A stretch of DNA of 64,000 nucleotides, from contig CP064998.1 of NCBI GenBank assembly GCA_016700035.1, forward strand, positions 59,325 to 123,324, in the 5' to 3' direction. Positions 36,878 to 47,400 of this stretch are shown in pieces (positions within the stretch are counted from its first letter, which is position 1; every line of letters begins with the position of its first letter). Origin of the DNA: a bacterium. GTDB lineage: Bacteria > Patescibacteriota > Saccharimonadia > CAILAD01 > GCA-016700035. The notes under the pieces were generated by a model that ran no database searches, was not told where the DNA came from, and worked only from the letters and a program-made list of their open reading frames with translations. The translations under genes were made by a program, and so were the position numbers.

Positions 36878-37966
36878 ATGCCAGCTATAACAACCAAGTT
36901 AGAAAAAGGAGCAGTAGTGAAGGATTTATCTAAACAATCAGCATCGGAGCGTAATGCTCGCTTGAAGGCAGTTGAGCTGGCAGTAGAGCAGATTGAGCGT
37001 CAGTTTGGTACTGGTTCGATTATGAAGTTGGGCGAAGGTATGAAGGCTCATGTTGAGACCATTCCAACTGGTAGTTTGGCGCTAGACTTGGCGTTGGGTG
37101 GGGGTTTTCCAAAAGGTCGTATTATTGAGATTTATGGTCCAGAGTCCAGTGGTAAAACCACACTAGCTCTGCATGCTGTGGCTGAAGTGCAAAAGCGTGG
37201 TGGCTTGGCAGCTTTTGTTGATGCCGAGCATGCCCTCGACCCTGAGTATGCTGAAAAAATCGGGGTTAATTTAAATGATTTACTTATCTCGCAACCTGAT
37301 ACCGGAGAGCAGGCGCTAGAGATAACCGAAACTTTAGTACGCTCGGGGGCGGTTGATACGGTGATTGTCGACTCGGTTGCTGCCTTGGTGCCACGAGCAG
37401 AAATTGAAGGTGAAATGGGTGATGCTCACATGGGCCTGCAAGCACGACTGATGAGTCAGGCTTTGCGCAAGCTTACTGGCGTTGTTAGTAAAACTAAATG
37501 TTCAGTTATTTTCATTAACCAGCTACGCATGAAGATTGGTGTGATGTTTGGTAATCCGGAGGTAACAGCTGGTGGTAATGCGCTCAAGTATTATTCTTCG
37601 GTGCGTCTTGATATTCGTCGTACGGAGCAGCTTAAAGAAGGTGATCAAAGTATTGGCAATCACGTAAAAGTGAAAGTGGTCAAGAATAAGATAGCGGCAC
37701 CTTTTAAGATTGCAGAGTTTGACATCATGTTTAATGAAGGTATTTCTAGGCCGGGTGATTTAATCGATTTGGCCGTAAAATATGATTTGGTTAAGAAGGC
37801 TGGTGCTTGGTTTTCTTATAAAGAAGATAAGATTGGGCAGGGGCGTGAGGCAGCTAAGCAATTCTTGAAGTCTCATCCAGAAGTAATGGACGAACTAGAC
37901 ACGAAGATTCGTGAGCGAGCCACAGGTGGCAGTCAAGTAGATCTGGCAGAAGATAAGAAAAAATAG
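36878..37966 (+). CDS. recA: recombinase RecA
   Basis: Walker [10 protein letters not shown], the L1/L2 loops and overall canonical RecA sequence are present. The ORF is 362 aa. Confidence 0.95.
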   Translation: MPAITTKLEKGAVVKDLSKQSASERNARLKAVELAVEQIERQFGTGSIMKLGEGMKAHVETIPTGSLALDLALGGGFPKGRIIEIYGPESSGKTTLALHAVAEVQKRGGLAAFVDAEHALDPEYAEKIGVNLNDLLISQPDTGEQALEITETLVRSGAVDTVIVDSVAALVPRAEIEGEMGDAHMGLQARLMSQALRKLTGVVSKTKCSVIFINQLRMKIGVMFGNPEVTAGGNALKYYSSVRLDIRRTEQLKEGDQSIGNHVKVKVVKNKIAAPFKIAEFDIMFNEGISRPGDLIDLAVKYDLVKKAGAWFSYKEDKIGQGREAAKQFLKSHPEVMDELDTKIRERATGGSQVDLAEDKKK

Positions 37967-37992
37967 CCTAGGTTTAGAGGGGACTGTACGGT

Positions 37993-38586
37993 ATGCCTGT
38001 TGTTACAAAGCTTACCTCTCAGAAGCAGAAAGATTTTGTAAATCTCTATGTTGATGATGAGTTCTGCTGTGGATTAAGCCTTAATCAGGTTGCATCCTGG
38101 CGCCTGCACAAGGGCTCAGAGCTAACCCATGATCAGCTAGATAGACTGCGTAATGAAGCTCGAGCAAGTAAGGCTTATAACCTAGCAATTCGATACTTGG
38201 GATTACGGATTCATTCCTCACAGGAGGTTATGGAATATTTGAGGCGAAAAGAATTTGAAGATGTGTCAATTGCTGTAGTGGGAGATCTTAAGCGAGAGGG
38301 ATACTTACAAGATGGGGACTTTGCATTACGGTGGAGCGCGATGCGTCAGCAGATGCTGTGGTCGCCTCGTGCAATCCGGGACGAGTTAAGTCGTAAAGGT
38401 ATTCCTAAAGATATCATCGATGATTGTATAGGTGGTATTGATACCAAAGAGATAATCCTTGGGTTAATCGCAAAGAAAAGTCGTAATCGGACAGTGAACC
38501 GTGAAAAGATGATGAGCTATCTCGTTGGTAGGGGGTTTAGTTACCCGGATATAAAACTATGCTTAGATGAGTCAGGCTCTAAGTAA
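37993..38586 (+). CDS. recX: recombination regulator RecX
   Basis: 197 aa with a helical-repeat profile (AIRYLGLRIHSSQEVMEYLRRKEF ...), immediately downstream of recA. Confidence 0.7.
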   Translation: MPVVTKLTSQKQKDFVNLYVDDEFCCGLSLNQVASWRLHKGSELTHDQLDRLRNEARASKAYNLAIRYLGLRIHSSQEVMEYLRRKEFEDVSIAVVGDLKREGYLQDGDFALRWSAMRQQMLWSPRAIRDELSRKGIPKDIIDDCIGGIDTKEIILGLIAKKSRNRTVNREKMMSYLVGRGFSYPDIKLCLDESGSK

Positions 38587-38765
38587 TAATTGTGTATTGA
38601 TTTAATTTGGACTTATCGTGAGATTAGTACAGCACGAATGCAAATCGCAACTGCAATAACCCACAGGCCAGCCATTATTAGCAAAACTTCATACCCTCTT
38701 AATACCTCTTATGGTAGGCCATTAATTAAGACGATACAAGCAAATTTTTACCGAACAAAACTATC

Positions 38766-39314
38766 CTAAGCTGTAGCCGGTTTTATGGCAGTCTTCTTAA
38801 ATGATCTCATCTCAGATTGTATGATAATCAGTTTTTTATCAGGTATGACATCGGAAATTGTGGAGGCTTGGATTACCAGTAGGCTTTGCTTAAAACTTTT
38901 CAGTAGAGGCCTTCTGACGTATATGCGATCCATATGCATGAGAGGTAGTTTGACGGCGCAATCTTCAACTTGTCCAATTTTGCTACCATTCGTGTCGCAT
39001 ACTTTATAGGAAATAAGCCGACAATTATCAGAAAATGCTACTTTATCTCGAATAAAATCAGCTTTTTCCCCAAAACACTCAATTCCCTGTGCGGTAAGTA
39101 GGTTATCTACCACGGCGGTTTGGTCGGATCTAATAAAATTAGTCTCACCGGCGACTAAACATTCCAGAAAGGCAAGCTGGAGATTTTCTCGACGAAAAAT
39201 TGCTCCTTCAATGAGGCCAAGCGGACGTAGTTCGCGACGATCAAAAATAATCATTCCACGCAATTGAGAAAGTAACAATTGCTGGCCCAATGCACGCTTT
39301 TTCATGCTTTGCAT
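38766..39314 (-). CDS. hypothetical protein
   Basis: 182 aa ORF, the only minus-strand gene between the recA-recX and rpsF-ssb-rpsR units. No confident motifs. Confidence 0.4.
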   Translation of the reverse strand: MQSMKKRALGQQLLLSQLRGMIIFDRRELRPLGLIEGAIFRRENLQLAFLECLVAGETNFIRSDQTAVVDNLLTAQGIECFGEKADFIRDKVAFSDNCRLISYKVCDTNGSKIGQVEDCAVKLPLMHMDRIYVRRPLLKSFKQSLLVIQASTISDVIPDKKLIIIQSEMRSFKKTAIKPATA

Positions 39315-39461
39315 TATACTCCTAACACTTGATTTATTCTGGTATTTTCGGTAAAATTACGGTGTTTAACAATAAATAACCTTTTTGTTGACGTGAACGC
39401 ACTAAGTTGTAGTTTAAGAACGTCAGCGAACCTCGCTAAATGTGAGTGAACCAAAGAAAGG

Positions 39462-39818
39462 ATGTCTATGCGACAGTATGAAGTGGGTGTGATTTTACAT
39501 CCTGACCTCGAGATTGATCTCGATCGTGCCGTAAGCAAGGTCGAAAGTATTATCACTAATCTTGGCGGTAAAGTAGAAAATAAAGATAACTGGGGGAAGC
39601 GCAAGCTTGCTTATCGAATTAAGAAGCAGGATTGGGGGATTTACGTATTCTTTCAAGTTAAGCTTGATCCAGCTAAGATTCAAGAGCTTGATAATACTTT
39701 GCGCATTACCTCAGAGGTGATCCGTTATATAGTTGTTTCACTTGAAGATGTGCGGCCGGTTAATAAGGGTGCAAAAAATAGCACCAAAAAGCCAGTAGAA
39801 AAACCAGAGACTGAATAA
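39462..39818 (+). CDS. rpsF: 30S ribosomal protein S6
   Basis: MRQYEVGVILHPDLE... matches the S6 N-terminus. It lies in the conserved rpsF-ssb-rpsR order. Confidence 0.85.
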   Translation: MSMRQYEVGVILHPDLEIDLDRAVSKVESIITNLGGKVENKDNWGKRKLAYRIKKQDWGIYVFFQVKLDPAKIQELDNTLRITSEVIRYIVVSLEDVRPVNKGAKNSTKKPVEKPETE

Positions 39819-39839
39819 TATAAGCGTAAGGAGATAGGG

Positions 39840-40280
39840 ATGGCAAAAGATTTTAACCAAGCAATTATAATGGGGAATCTCACACGAGACCCAGAATTAC
39901 GACAGACTCCCTCGGGTCAGTCGGTGGCGAGCTTTGCGGTTGCGACAAACCGTATTTGGCAAGATCCGCAGAGTGGCGATAAGAAGGATGCAGTTGAATT
40001 CCATGATGTAGTGGCTTGGGGTAAGCTGGGCGAACTATGCGCAAATTATCTATCAAAAGGTCGTAAAGTATTGGTTGTAGGTCGATTACAGACTCGCTCT
40101 TGGGATGCTGATGGAGTAAAGAAGCAGCGCACCGAGATTGTTGCAACTGATATTAACTTCTTGAGCGCTGGCTCTGGTGAAGGTGGAGCACCATCTTCCT
40201 CTGGGGCTAAAAAGACCGACGATCCAGATATCCAGGAGATGCCTGGCGATGATATTAATCTTGATGACATCCCATTTTAA
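39840..40280 (+). CDS. ssb: single-stranded DNA-binding protein
   Basis: OB-fold core, Gly/Ser-rich linker and acidic C-terminal tip DDIPF are present. Confidence 0.9.
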   Translation: MAKDFNQAIIMGNLTRDPELRQTPSGQSVASFAVATNRIWQDPQSGDKKDAVEFHDVVAWGKLGELCANYLSKGRKVLVVGRLQTRSWDADGVKKQRTEIVATDINFLSAGSGEGGAPSSSGAKKTDDPDIQEMPGDDINLDDIPF

Positions 40281-40289
40281 GGAGAAAAC

Positions 40290-40502
40290 ATGGCAGAATT
40301 TCGTAAGCAGAATCGTTTTTATGCAGAACAAGTAGCGGTAATAGATTACAAAGATGTAAAGCTTTTACAGCGCTACGTTTCTAGTGTAGGAAAGATTGAA
40401 AACCGCAAGCGTACTGGTGCTTCAATGAAACATCAGCGAATGTTAGCAAAAGCTTTGAAGCGGGCACGACACATGGCGCTTTTACCATTCGTTGTTAAGT
40501 AA
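40290..40502 (+). CDS. rpsR: 30S ribosomal protein S18
   Basis: 70 aa. Contains [45 protein letters not shown]. Confidence 0.9.
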   Translation: MAEFRKQNRFYAEQVAVIDYKDVKLLQRYVSSVGKIENRKRTGASMKHQRMLAKALKRARHMALLPFVVK

Positions 40503-40657
40503 CCTACTCGACGCGTTTTGAGCGGCATCTGCTGCGTTGAAATTTTGTATCTCGCTTGGATGTACATGAAGTACAACTTGTCCACGAGACTCAACCTCGT
40601 CTTGCAGCTGCTCACTCAGAAACACGTCTTAGTACTCATTAATTAAGGAGGTGTTCA

Positions 40658-41218
40658 GTGTATGGACCAACTGATTTAAGGAAAGAAACATTAGTCGAGA
40701 TAGATGGCGCACCATATAAGGTGGTCGATTACGCCCAGAAGCAAATGGGTCGAGGTGGTTCGATTGTAAATACTAAGCTGAAAAATCTCATTACTGGCGG
40801 AGTGATTGACCGTACGTTTCGTAATGACGAGCGTGTGAAGCCGGCTGATGTAGTGCGACAAAAGTTACAGTATCTTTATACGCAAAGTGATGGGCATAGT
40901 CTAATGGACCTTGGAAGCTATGAGACATATGAAGTGGCCAAGGCTATTGATGAAGATCTGCCAAAATATATCTTAGAGGGTGGCGAGATTGAAGGATATC
41001 TTTTTCATGGCCGGGTGATTGGCTTTGAGTGGCCAAAAAATGTTGTGCTGACTGTAGTTGAAGCGCCAGGTTCAGATAAAGGAAACTCGGCAGCTGGAGC
41101 GACTAAGGCCGTGAAGCTCGAAACTGGTATTGAAGTACAGGCGCCACTTTTTATTAAGGTCGGCGATAGGGTAAAAGTAGATACCCGTAACGGGGCCTAC
41201 TTAGAGCGCGTTAAATAA
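40658..41218 (+). CDS. efp: elongation factor P (GTG start)
   Basis: 186 aa with a KOW-like N-domain and the loop carrying the modified lysine or arginine (KNLITGGV). SD aaggagg lies 6 nt upstream. Confidence 0.9.
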   Translation: MYGPTDLRKETLVEIDGAPYKVVDYAQKQMGRGGSIVNTKLKNLITGGVIDRTFRNDERVKPADVVRQKLQYLYTQSDGHSLMDLGSYETYEVAKAIDEDLPKYILEGGEIEGYLFHGRVIGFEWPKNVVLTVVEAPGSDKGNSAAGATKAVKLETGIEVQAPLFIKVGDRVKVDTRNGAYLERVK

Positions 41219-41293
41219 TATTGATTATTATCCAGGTTCTTCAATCGAGAAGGAGAGAACCTTGGATATCCCACATGTTCCGCAGTCTGGCTG

Positions 41294-41346
41294 CCGACTG
41301 TTTAGCTTGGCGCAATGCCACTGACACACAGTCGGTGGTTTTTTAT
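41294..41346 (+). terminator. intrinsic terminator after efp
   Basis: ccgactgt ... acagtcgg forms an 8-bp stem with a long structured loop, followed by tggtttttttattt. Confidence 0.5.
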
Positions 41347-42426
41347 TTACACGTTAAATTTAAATAGTACGACATCACCATCCTGCATGATGTAATCGCG
41401 GCCTTCGAGTCGCACTTTGCCAGCTGTGCGTGCGCCAGCCCAACCGCCACAAGTTATAAAATCTTCAGAAGATACAATCTCGGCTTTAATAAACCCCTTT
41501 TCAAAATCGGTGTGAATAACGCCAGCCGCCTCGGGCGCAGTTGCTCCTTGCGGAATAACCCAGGCCCGAGCTTCTTTTTCACCAGCCGTAAAATAGGTTT
41601 GGAGACCGAGAGTTGAAAAACCAAGTTGAGCTAACGCATTGAGGCCAGACTCGGTTTGCCCATATTCGGTGAGTAAATCCGAGGCTTCGTCGTTGGGCAT
41701 ATCTTTGAGCTGGGCTTCAAGATCGGCACACAGCACCAGGGCGGGTAGCGGGGCGACGTTGGCACAGAGTTTTTTGTGCAGCTCTTTGTCGGCAAGCCCG
41801 GCCTCATCAACATTAAAGACATAAATAAATGGTTTGGCGGTTAGCAGTTGGAGTTCACGAATGATCGGAGGTATTGCATTGGCATATAGAGCGATAGCCA
41901 GCGATCCGTCGTCTAATGCGGAGCGTACTTTAGTTAGTTCGGTCATAGCTTCACGCGCTTCGGCAGAAGTTTTGGCTTCTTTTTCAAGTCGCGGTAGGAC
42001 TTTGTCGATAGTTGTTAGGTCAGCCAAGATTAGCTCGGTCTTAACCGTTTCAATATCGCGCATCGGATCAATCGTGTTATCCACATGAATAATATCGCCC
42101 GACTCAAAAGCTCGCACAACCTGTACGATTGCCGAGCACTCACGAATATGGGTAAGGAATTTGTTTCCAAGACCAGCCCCTTCGGCAGCACCTTTTACGA
42201 TGCCGGCGATATCCGTAAAAGTAACCGGAGCTGGGATAATTTTTTGAGTATTCGCAACATGAGCTAATTTGCTTAAGCGCTTATCGGGCAGAGGCACAAT
42301 ACCAACATTCGGCTCAATAGTGGCAAATGGGTAGTTGGCGGCTAATATATCAGACTTGGTGAGGGCATTAAACAGTGTGGACTTACCAACATTTGGTAAG
42401 CCAACAATACCGAGAGATAGGCTCAT
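41347..42426 (-). CDS. ychF: ribosome-binding ATPase YchF/Ola1
   Basis: G1 motif [18 protein letters not shown], the G-domain and the C-terminal TGS domain are present. The ORF is 359 aa. Confidence 0.9.
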   Translation of the reverse strand: MSLSLGIVGLPNVGKSTLFNALTKSDILAANYPFATIEPNVGIVPLPDKRLSKLAHVANTQKIIPAPVTFTDIAGIVKGAAEGAGLGNKFLTHIRECSAIVQVVRAFESGDIIHVDNTIDPMRDIETVKTELILADLTTIDKVLPRLEKEAKTSAEAREAMTELTKVRSALDDGSLAIALYANAIPPIIRELQLLTAKPFIYVFNVDEAGLADKELHKKLCANVAPLPALVLCADLEAQLKDMPNDEASDLLTEYGQTESGLNALAQLGFSTLGLQTYFTAGEKEARAWVIPQGATAPEAAGVIHTDFEKGFIKAEIVSSEDFITCGGWAGARTAGKVRLEGRDYIMQDGDVVLFKFNV

Positions 42427-42507
42427 ATGGTTATTTTATCAGATGTGCAGACAGCTATAAAACAAAAGCATTATCAATAAGATGCTTATGGTATTATTTA
42501 GTTAATA

Positions 42508-44334
42508 ATGCGCGAGTCCGAAAAACAGTATAGTCCTCAGGATAGACAAGGTGCGGAAAACTTTTCGCGCGCGCAAGCATATCTGTCGCTGAAGGGAGAA
42601 GGACTGCAAACGCGTACTGAGCATTCGCGTAGTTTAGAGGATGCAGAGAAGTATCGTGCTCTTGAAACACTCAAGAGTTTGGGGGTACTCATACCGCTGA
42701 GTGAGCTAGAGATATACCATGGTCGTGCAGCGCATCCAGGCGAAACTGAGGCATGGGAGGTAGATCCGGCTTTTAGTAATGGCGGTAATAATACTGGTAA
42801 TTCAAACGTTAATAAACGCTCAACTCTATATACTGGACACCGGGAGATTGCAACCGATTTTGCTAGAGCAAGATCTGGTAGGACTCGAGATGGGTCTATT
42901 TCTCAGCCAGAAATTCATCGCATTGATACGCATGATTTGGACGCAACGGTATTTAATCACAACTTTGATATTAGTAAGCTAAGCCCTCAGCAGATAAGTG
43001 AATATACCCAAGCCTTGAGTAAGATTCTGGTATCGCCAACTGAAGGATCGCCGTTAGATTTTCAGGATCGAGCCGCTTGGGGGCAGCTTATACCACATAT
43101 TGCGTCCCTCGGGGAGCGTAGGTTCTTTTCGGATGATGATACGGATAGATTAGTCACTCAGTCAGGTTTATCTACCGAAGTGGTAACGCAATTAATTGGT
43201 GCAATAAATTCTCGACAAATGGCTAAAGTTAATCCGGGCTATTTAATATCAAGACTAGTGAATGGCTCAGAAGATCTTAGCCATGGTTATATGGTGTTGG
43301 ACGGAGAGCGAATAGATATGCCGCTTAATCTAGAATATGTACAAAAGTATCTGCATGAAGCGCATATTGTGGGCGTACAACAGCCCGTTTATTCTGCTAC
43401 TCTGGACCAAGATATAGAGATTGTATCTTTTTTTGATCTAGATGAAGTTAAGACCAGTCGGTCCAAAGAGCGCGAGCGCGAGCGTAGCTGGACGGCATTT
43501 GGTGGGTTGGCGCAGGCCATGGATGGCTTGGTGAGTCCAGAAGCCCAATCAGATAGTCCATTGATGGCACAACTAACTGATACCCATGCAAAGCCCAGAG
43601 ATATTATGCAAGATGCTCAGCGTGTACCGGGTTATGAGCAGATTTTTGCTGGCTCTGCCGGTGTATGGGAGGGCTTTACACTAGGTGAGCATACCGAAAC
43701 GGTGTTGCGCAATTTTGATGAAACCTACGCTGATCGGATGCCGGTAGGTTTATTGGCACCGATGCGGTTAGCTATTTTGACGCATGATATTGGTAAGAGT
43801 GAGACAGTTGCGAGATTGAGTAAATTAGAGCAATCAAAGATAAATACTCGTCAGGCAATTGATTTTATGGATAAACTTGGCGTAGATGAGCGACATCAGG
43901 ATGTAATTATTTCTATGGTTGGCTTAGGTGCGGATTTGGCATATTTAATTGATGTTAAGGGTGAGGGAGGTAAGGTGAAGCAGGCTATGTTTCAGCTAGC
44001 CCAGGGTACAATGCGAGAATTTTTTGGTCGCGAACCGAGTCGTGATGAAATGCGAGCTTTTGTTGAGATGTGCCGTACTCTACAGCGCTGTGATGGCGGT
44101 GCCTATACCAGCATGGCGGTAACACGTTCACGCGATGGTAATGGTTATTATCGTAACGCACCATCTTTTAACGCATCGTTTGCGCAACCAGTTGATGCAG
44201 GTCGGCGTAAGGTTGGTTTGCGTAAGCCGGGACAGCAGTCGGCTCAGCTCAGTCAGGCACCGAAGAGCATGGAGCCAGTCTCACGTATTCGAATGCAACC
44301 TAGAGGCGTCGCGGCAAAACCGCCAAAGTTATAG
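42508..44334 (+). CDS. large hypothetical protein with a C-terminal HD (metal-dependent phosphohydrolase) domain
   Basis: 608 aa. The H...HD pattern GEHTETV ... LAILTHDIGKSE is present. There is no TM or signal peptide, and the gene is GC-richer than its flanks. Confidence 0.5.
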   Translation: MRESEKQYSPQDRQGAENFSRAQAYLSLKGEGLQTRTEHSRSLEDAEKYRALETLKSLGVLIPLSELEIYHGRAAHPGETEAWEVDPAFSNGGNNTGNSNVNKRSTLYTGHREIATDFARARSGRTRDGSISQPEIHRIDTHDLDATVFNHNFDISKLSPQQISEYTQALSKILVSPTEGSPLDFQDRAAWGQLIPHIASLGERRFFSDDDTDRLVTQSGLSTEVVTQLIGAINSRQMAKVNPGYLISRLVNGSEDLSHGYMVLDGERIDMPLNLEYVQKYLHEAHIVGVQQPVYSATLDQDIEIVSFFDLDEVKTSRSKERERERSWTAFGGLAQAMDGLVSPEAQSDSPLMAQLTDTHAKPRDIMQDAQRVPGYEQIFAGSAGVWEGFTLGEHTETVLRNFDETYADRMPVGLLAPMRLAILTHDIGKSETVARLSKLEQSKINTRQAIDFMDKLGVDERHQDVIISMVGLGADLAYLIDVKGEGGKVKQAMFQLAQGTMREFFGREPSRDEMRAFVEMCRTLQRCDGGAYTSMAVTRSRDGNGYYRNAPSFNASFAQPVDAGRRKVGLRKPGQQSAQLSQAPKSMEPVSRIRMQPRGVAAKPPKL

Positions 44335-44438
44335 TTTTTGCTAATACTTATGTGTAAATCGCTTGCGTTTGCGTATTACAAACGGTAGCATAGAACTTAA
44401 GCATTTTACTTGAAAGTAGTGCGTGGAATTATTTATCA

Positions 44439-47400
44439 ATGCCAAATAAATCGATCGATAGCATTGGCCCAAAGCCAAACAAGAATAACATTAAGCCTGT
44501 TGCTGAGCATAGGGCTGGTGAGGTTGTGCGTCCAAAGGGTGCCCCCACTCAAGCCGGAGAATCGATTAAGCCAAAAGGTTATCAGGCGCCAAAGAAACTG
44601 GAATCAACAGTAGGTAAACCCGACCAGCCTAAGCGACCTGTCAATAAGAAAAAAGTAGCAGTTTTTGCTGGGTTTGTAGGGTTATTTATCCTAGTTTCTC
44701 TAGCTGCAGTTTGGTTATTGCGCGGTACAAATTTACTTAATTCAGTCGGTAAGCCAAAGCCGGCTGCTGGTAATTTTGCCGAGGTTGGAGATCAGGCTTC
44801 AACTTTGGATGAGTTTAATAAGGTCAAAGATGCTTATCAGGGTTTTAATAAAAAGCAGGCTACACCAGCGGATAGTCAAGTGGTGGCCGCTAATGCCTCT
44901 AGAGACCTTATTACTTATCTGGCTCTAAAATCTGAAGCTGTGAAGCAAGGGGTTGAGTGTACTTGGGAAATTGTTGACACGCGCATGGCAACCCAGTATC
45001 AGTCTTATGGTGGGAAGGAGGCCTTTTATGCTTATCTAGCCCAAGAATATGGTTGGAGTAAAGAGGTTAGTTTTATGAAGACCTGCACTGAATATTACCG
45101 AGAAGTATTGGCGCAAAAAGTGATTGGCGGAACGGATGCTTTTGGAGTATATATTCGCTGGGATAACATGGATAATGATTCCACAGCTCAACAAAGGGCG
45201 ACTTATGAACAAGAGGCAAAAGCTAGGTTAGAGCGTGATTTCTTGCCTCTATTTAAGAGCGGAGCCAGCAAAGAGGAGATTTATCGAGCTGCTGATATTA
45301 GTCCGTATAGTACAGATGTAGAATTTGATAAGAAGATGGAAACACCCGGTAGCCCCTGGGTGCGTACAGTTGAATACCCACGCTTAAATGAAACTACTTA
45401 TGCTAGCTTTCAGCAGTATCCAGAGGGTGAAAGGGATATTGACTACATATCAAAGCTAGCTGTTGGTGAGAATACAGTCGTATTTAAGTCTAAGGTTGGT
45501 TATTATGCTATTTTTCGGGCTACTAATAGGATTCAAGGAGAAGCAGGGTCTATAGATCAAGTTATACAAAAGTATATTGATGGCGCTAAGCTCAGTACAG
45601 AATATTATGCATTACCAAAGCCCAGTAGTAATGGACAAGAGCAGTTTGATATGCACGATCTCAAGCAAGATAATACAACCGGCATGCTAGATTCGATGCG
45701 ACAGGCTTTAGTGCCCACGGCCCGGGCAGTAAATTGCTTTACAAACCATCGGCTGCCAATGAGTATTATTTATACCGACTATGCTACAGGTCAGCTAATA
45801 CCACTAGAGCAAATACGTACTAATAAGGGTGCGCCAATTAGTACTTTGCAAATATTAAGTACCGGCAATGTACAAGCAGCCTGTAATGATGAGCCTGCCC
45901 CAATCCAGAACGCTTATGGTGTATTAAACTTTGGATACTGGGCTGGACGAGCTAGCTGGGATGTTTTTGACCACCGAAATAATCCATGGGCTTTTAATCT
46001 GAGTTGTTACACGAGCTGGGAATTTCGCTTTAATAAGGTATATGGCTATGAGCAGGTAAATTATCAAGACGCTAGTCAGTTTGAGGTTACACTTCTAACC
46101 AACCAGTGGATCGTTCAAAATAGGGCTTCGGCTTATACTGATCATTATCGGATTCCACCCGATCTATACCAGGGTATTGCTAACGGTGCTCTCGGATATT
46201 CCATTAATGTAAGGATGCGCAAAGAGCCTCCGACCACTGGATGGAATCCGCCACTTATGACAGTCTCGGGTGAAAAACAAGAGGAAGATGGAACAACTAT
46301 CGGTGCATATGCTGACAATACTGTGAGTGAACAGCCGAACAACTTTACTAGCAGTGGTCAACCCTATTCATTTCCTGGCTTGCGGGCCGATCAAGGCCAT
46401 GTGTTTACTGTAGAGACTGAGCCTAACTATGATGTACTGGGATATCGAATAAATGGCGGGCCAATCAACCAGTCTACAACCTATACTTATGTGGCTGGTA
46501 CGACTGGCGATGGTACTACATTAGATGTGGATTGGATTTTCCGTAGACGTCCAACTGTCAATCTATCGGTAACCTGTGCGCTTATTTCGGGTAATGTTAT
46601 TGGTGGTGGCGGTGCAACCATTGAGACATATGCTCGTGTGGGCGGCGCTGATTTGGTGGATGGTGCTGGCCAGCGGATTATTCAGGGGCGAAACTTTAGC
46701 TTTACAGTTCCTGAAGCGTATAAAGACGGTGTTGGTCGAACCGTTGAGCTTCGTTTGATTGTAGATGGCGTTGACTGGGGTGCCGCCGCCGCCACCACGC
46801 TCAGCTGTAATCGTAACGCATTGTGTAGCAATAATAATTTAGGTACTGTTTTCCCCGGTAATCGTGTAACTATTGGTGTAGGTGGACAAGAAGAGGGAAT
46901 ATCAATTGCCATGTCGAATAATGGTGAGTCGATTTGGAGTACTTATTCTACCGGTACTTATCAACTAGTTCTGACACCAGAGGCAGATATTTACTGGGAT
47001 ATTGTTGCTGGTACATCAGTTCCTGCAGGAGAGAAGATTTATCCTCAGCCTAACCCAATTAGTGGTAAGACTTTTGCACCTATTACCGTTACCCTTACGG
47101 CAAGCCCTTCTGATAGCACTACACCACTAGGTTTTCAAATGGCCTTTATACCAGATGGTGGCGGTGCAGCTCAACGATTTGGAACTGCTTGCTCAACTGA
47201 GTTACGCGTGCTTTCTTCCTATGGTCCGTGGCTCCGTACGCAAAATGGCAATGTTTCTGCAATGGGTGTTATCAAGGGGCAGGAGGCATTATCGCTAACT
47301 GGTGGTAATTTAGGTGGTCGACGAGCCGCCGGTTCAGCTGGAACGACAGCTGATGGGCAAAAAGATGATATCAATTTGGAGGCTACTTACTTATTGCTTT

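Noticed and set aside
38766-39314. PilZ (c-di-GMP binding) assignment for the orphan minus-strand protein
   Set aside because: The RRELR and NGSKIG motifs are about 80 residues apart, far beyond the canonical PilZ spacing, and no other PilZ features are present.
40503-40657. Possible ncRNA or riboswitch in the 155-bp rpsR-efp spacer
   Set aside because: It has only short 5-bp palindromes (gtac-atgaa-gtac, acgag...ctcgt) and no terminator-like or conserved-looking structure. It is more likely the efp promoter and leader.
44410-44613. 67-aa + ORF overlapping the start of giant protein A in another frame
   Set aside because: It is out of frame with a 1330-aa ORF whose N-terminus (basic segment plus TM) is coherent. 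It is likely spurious.
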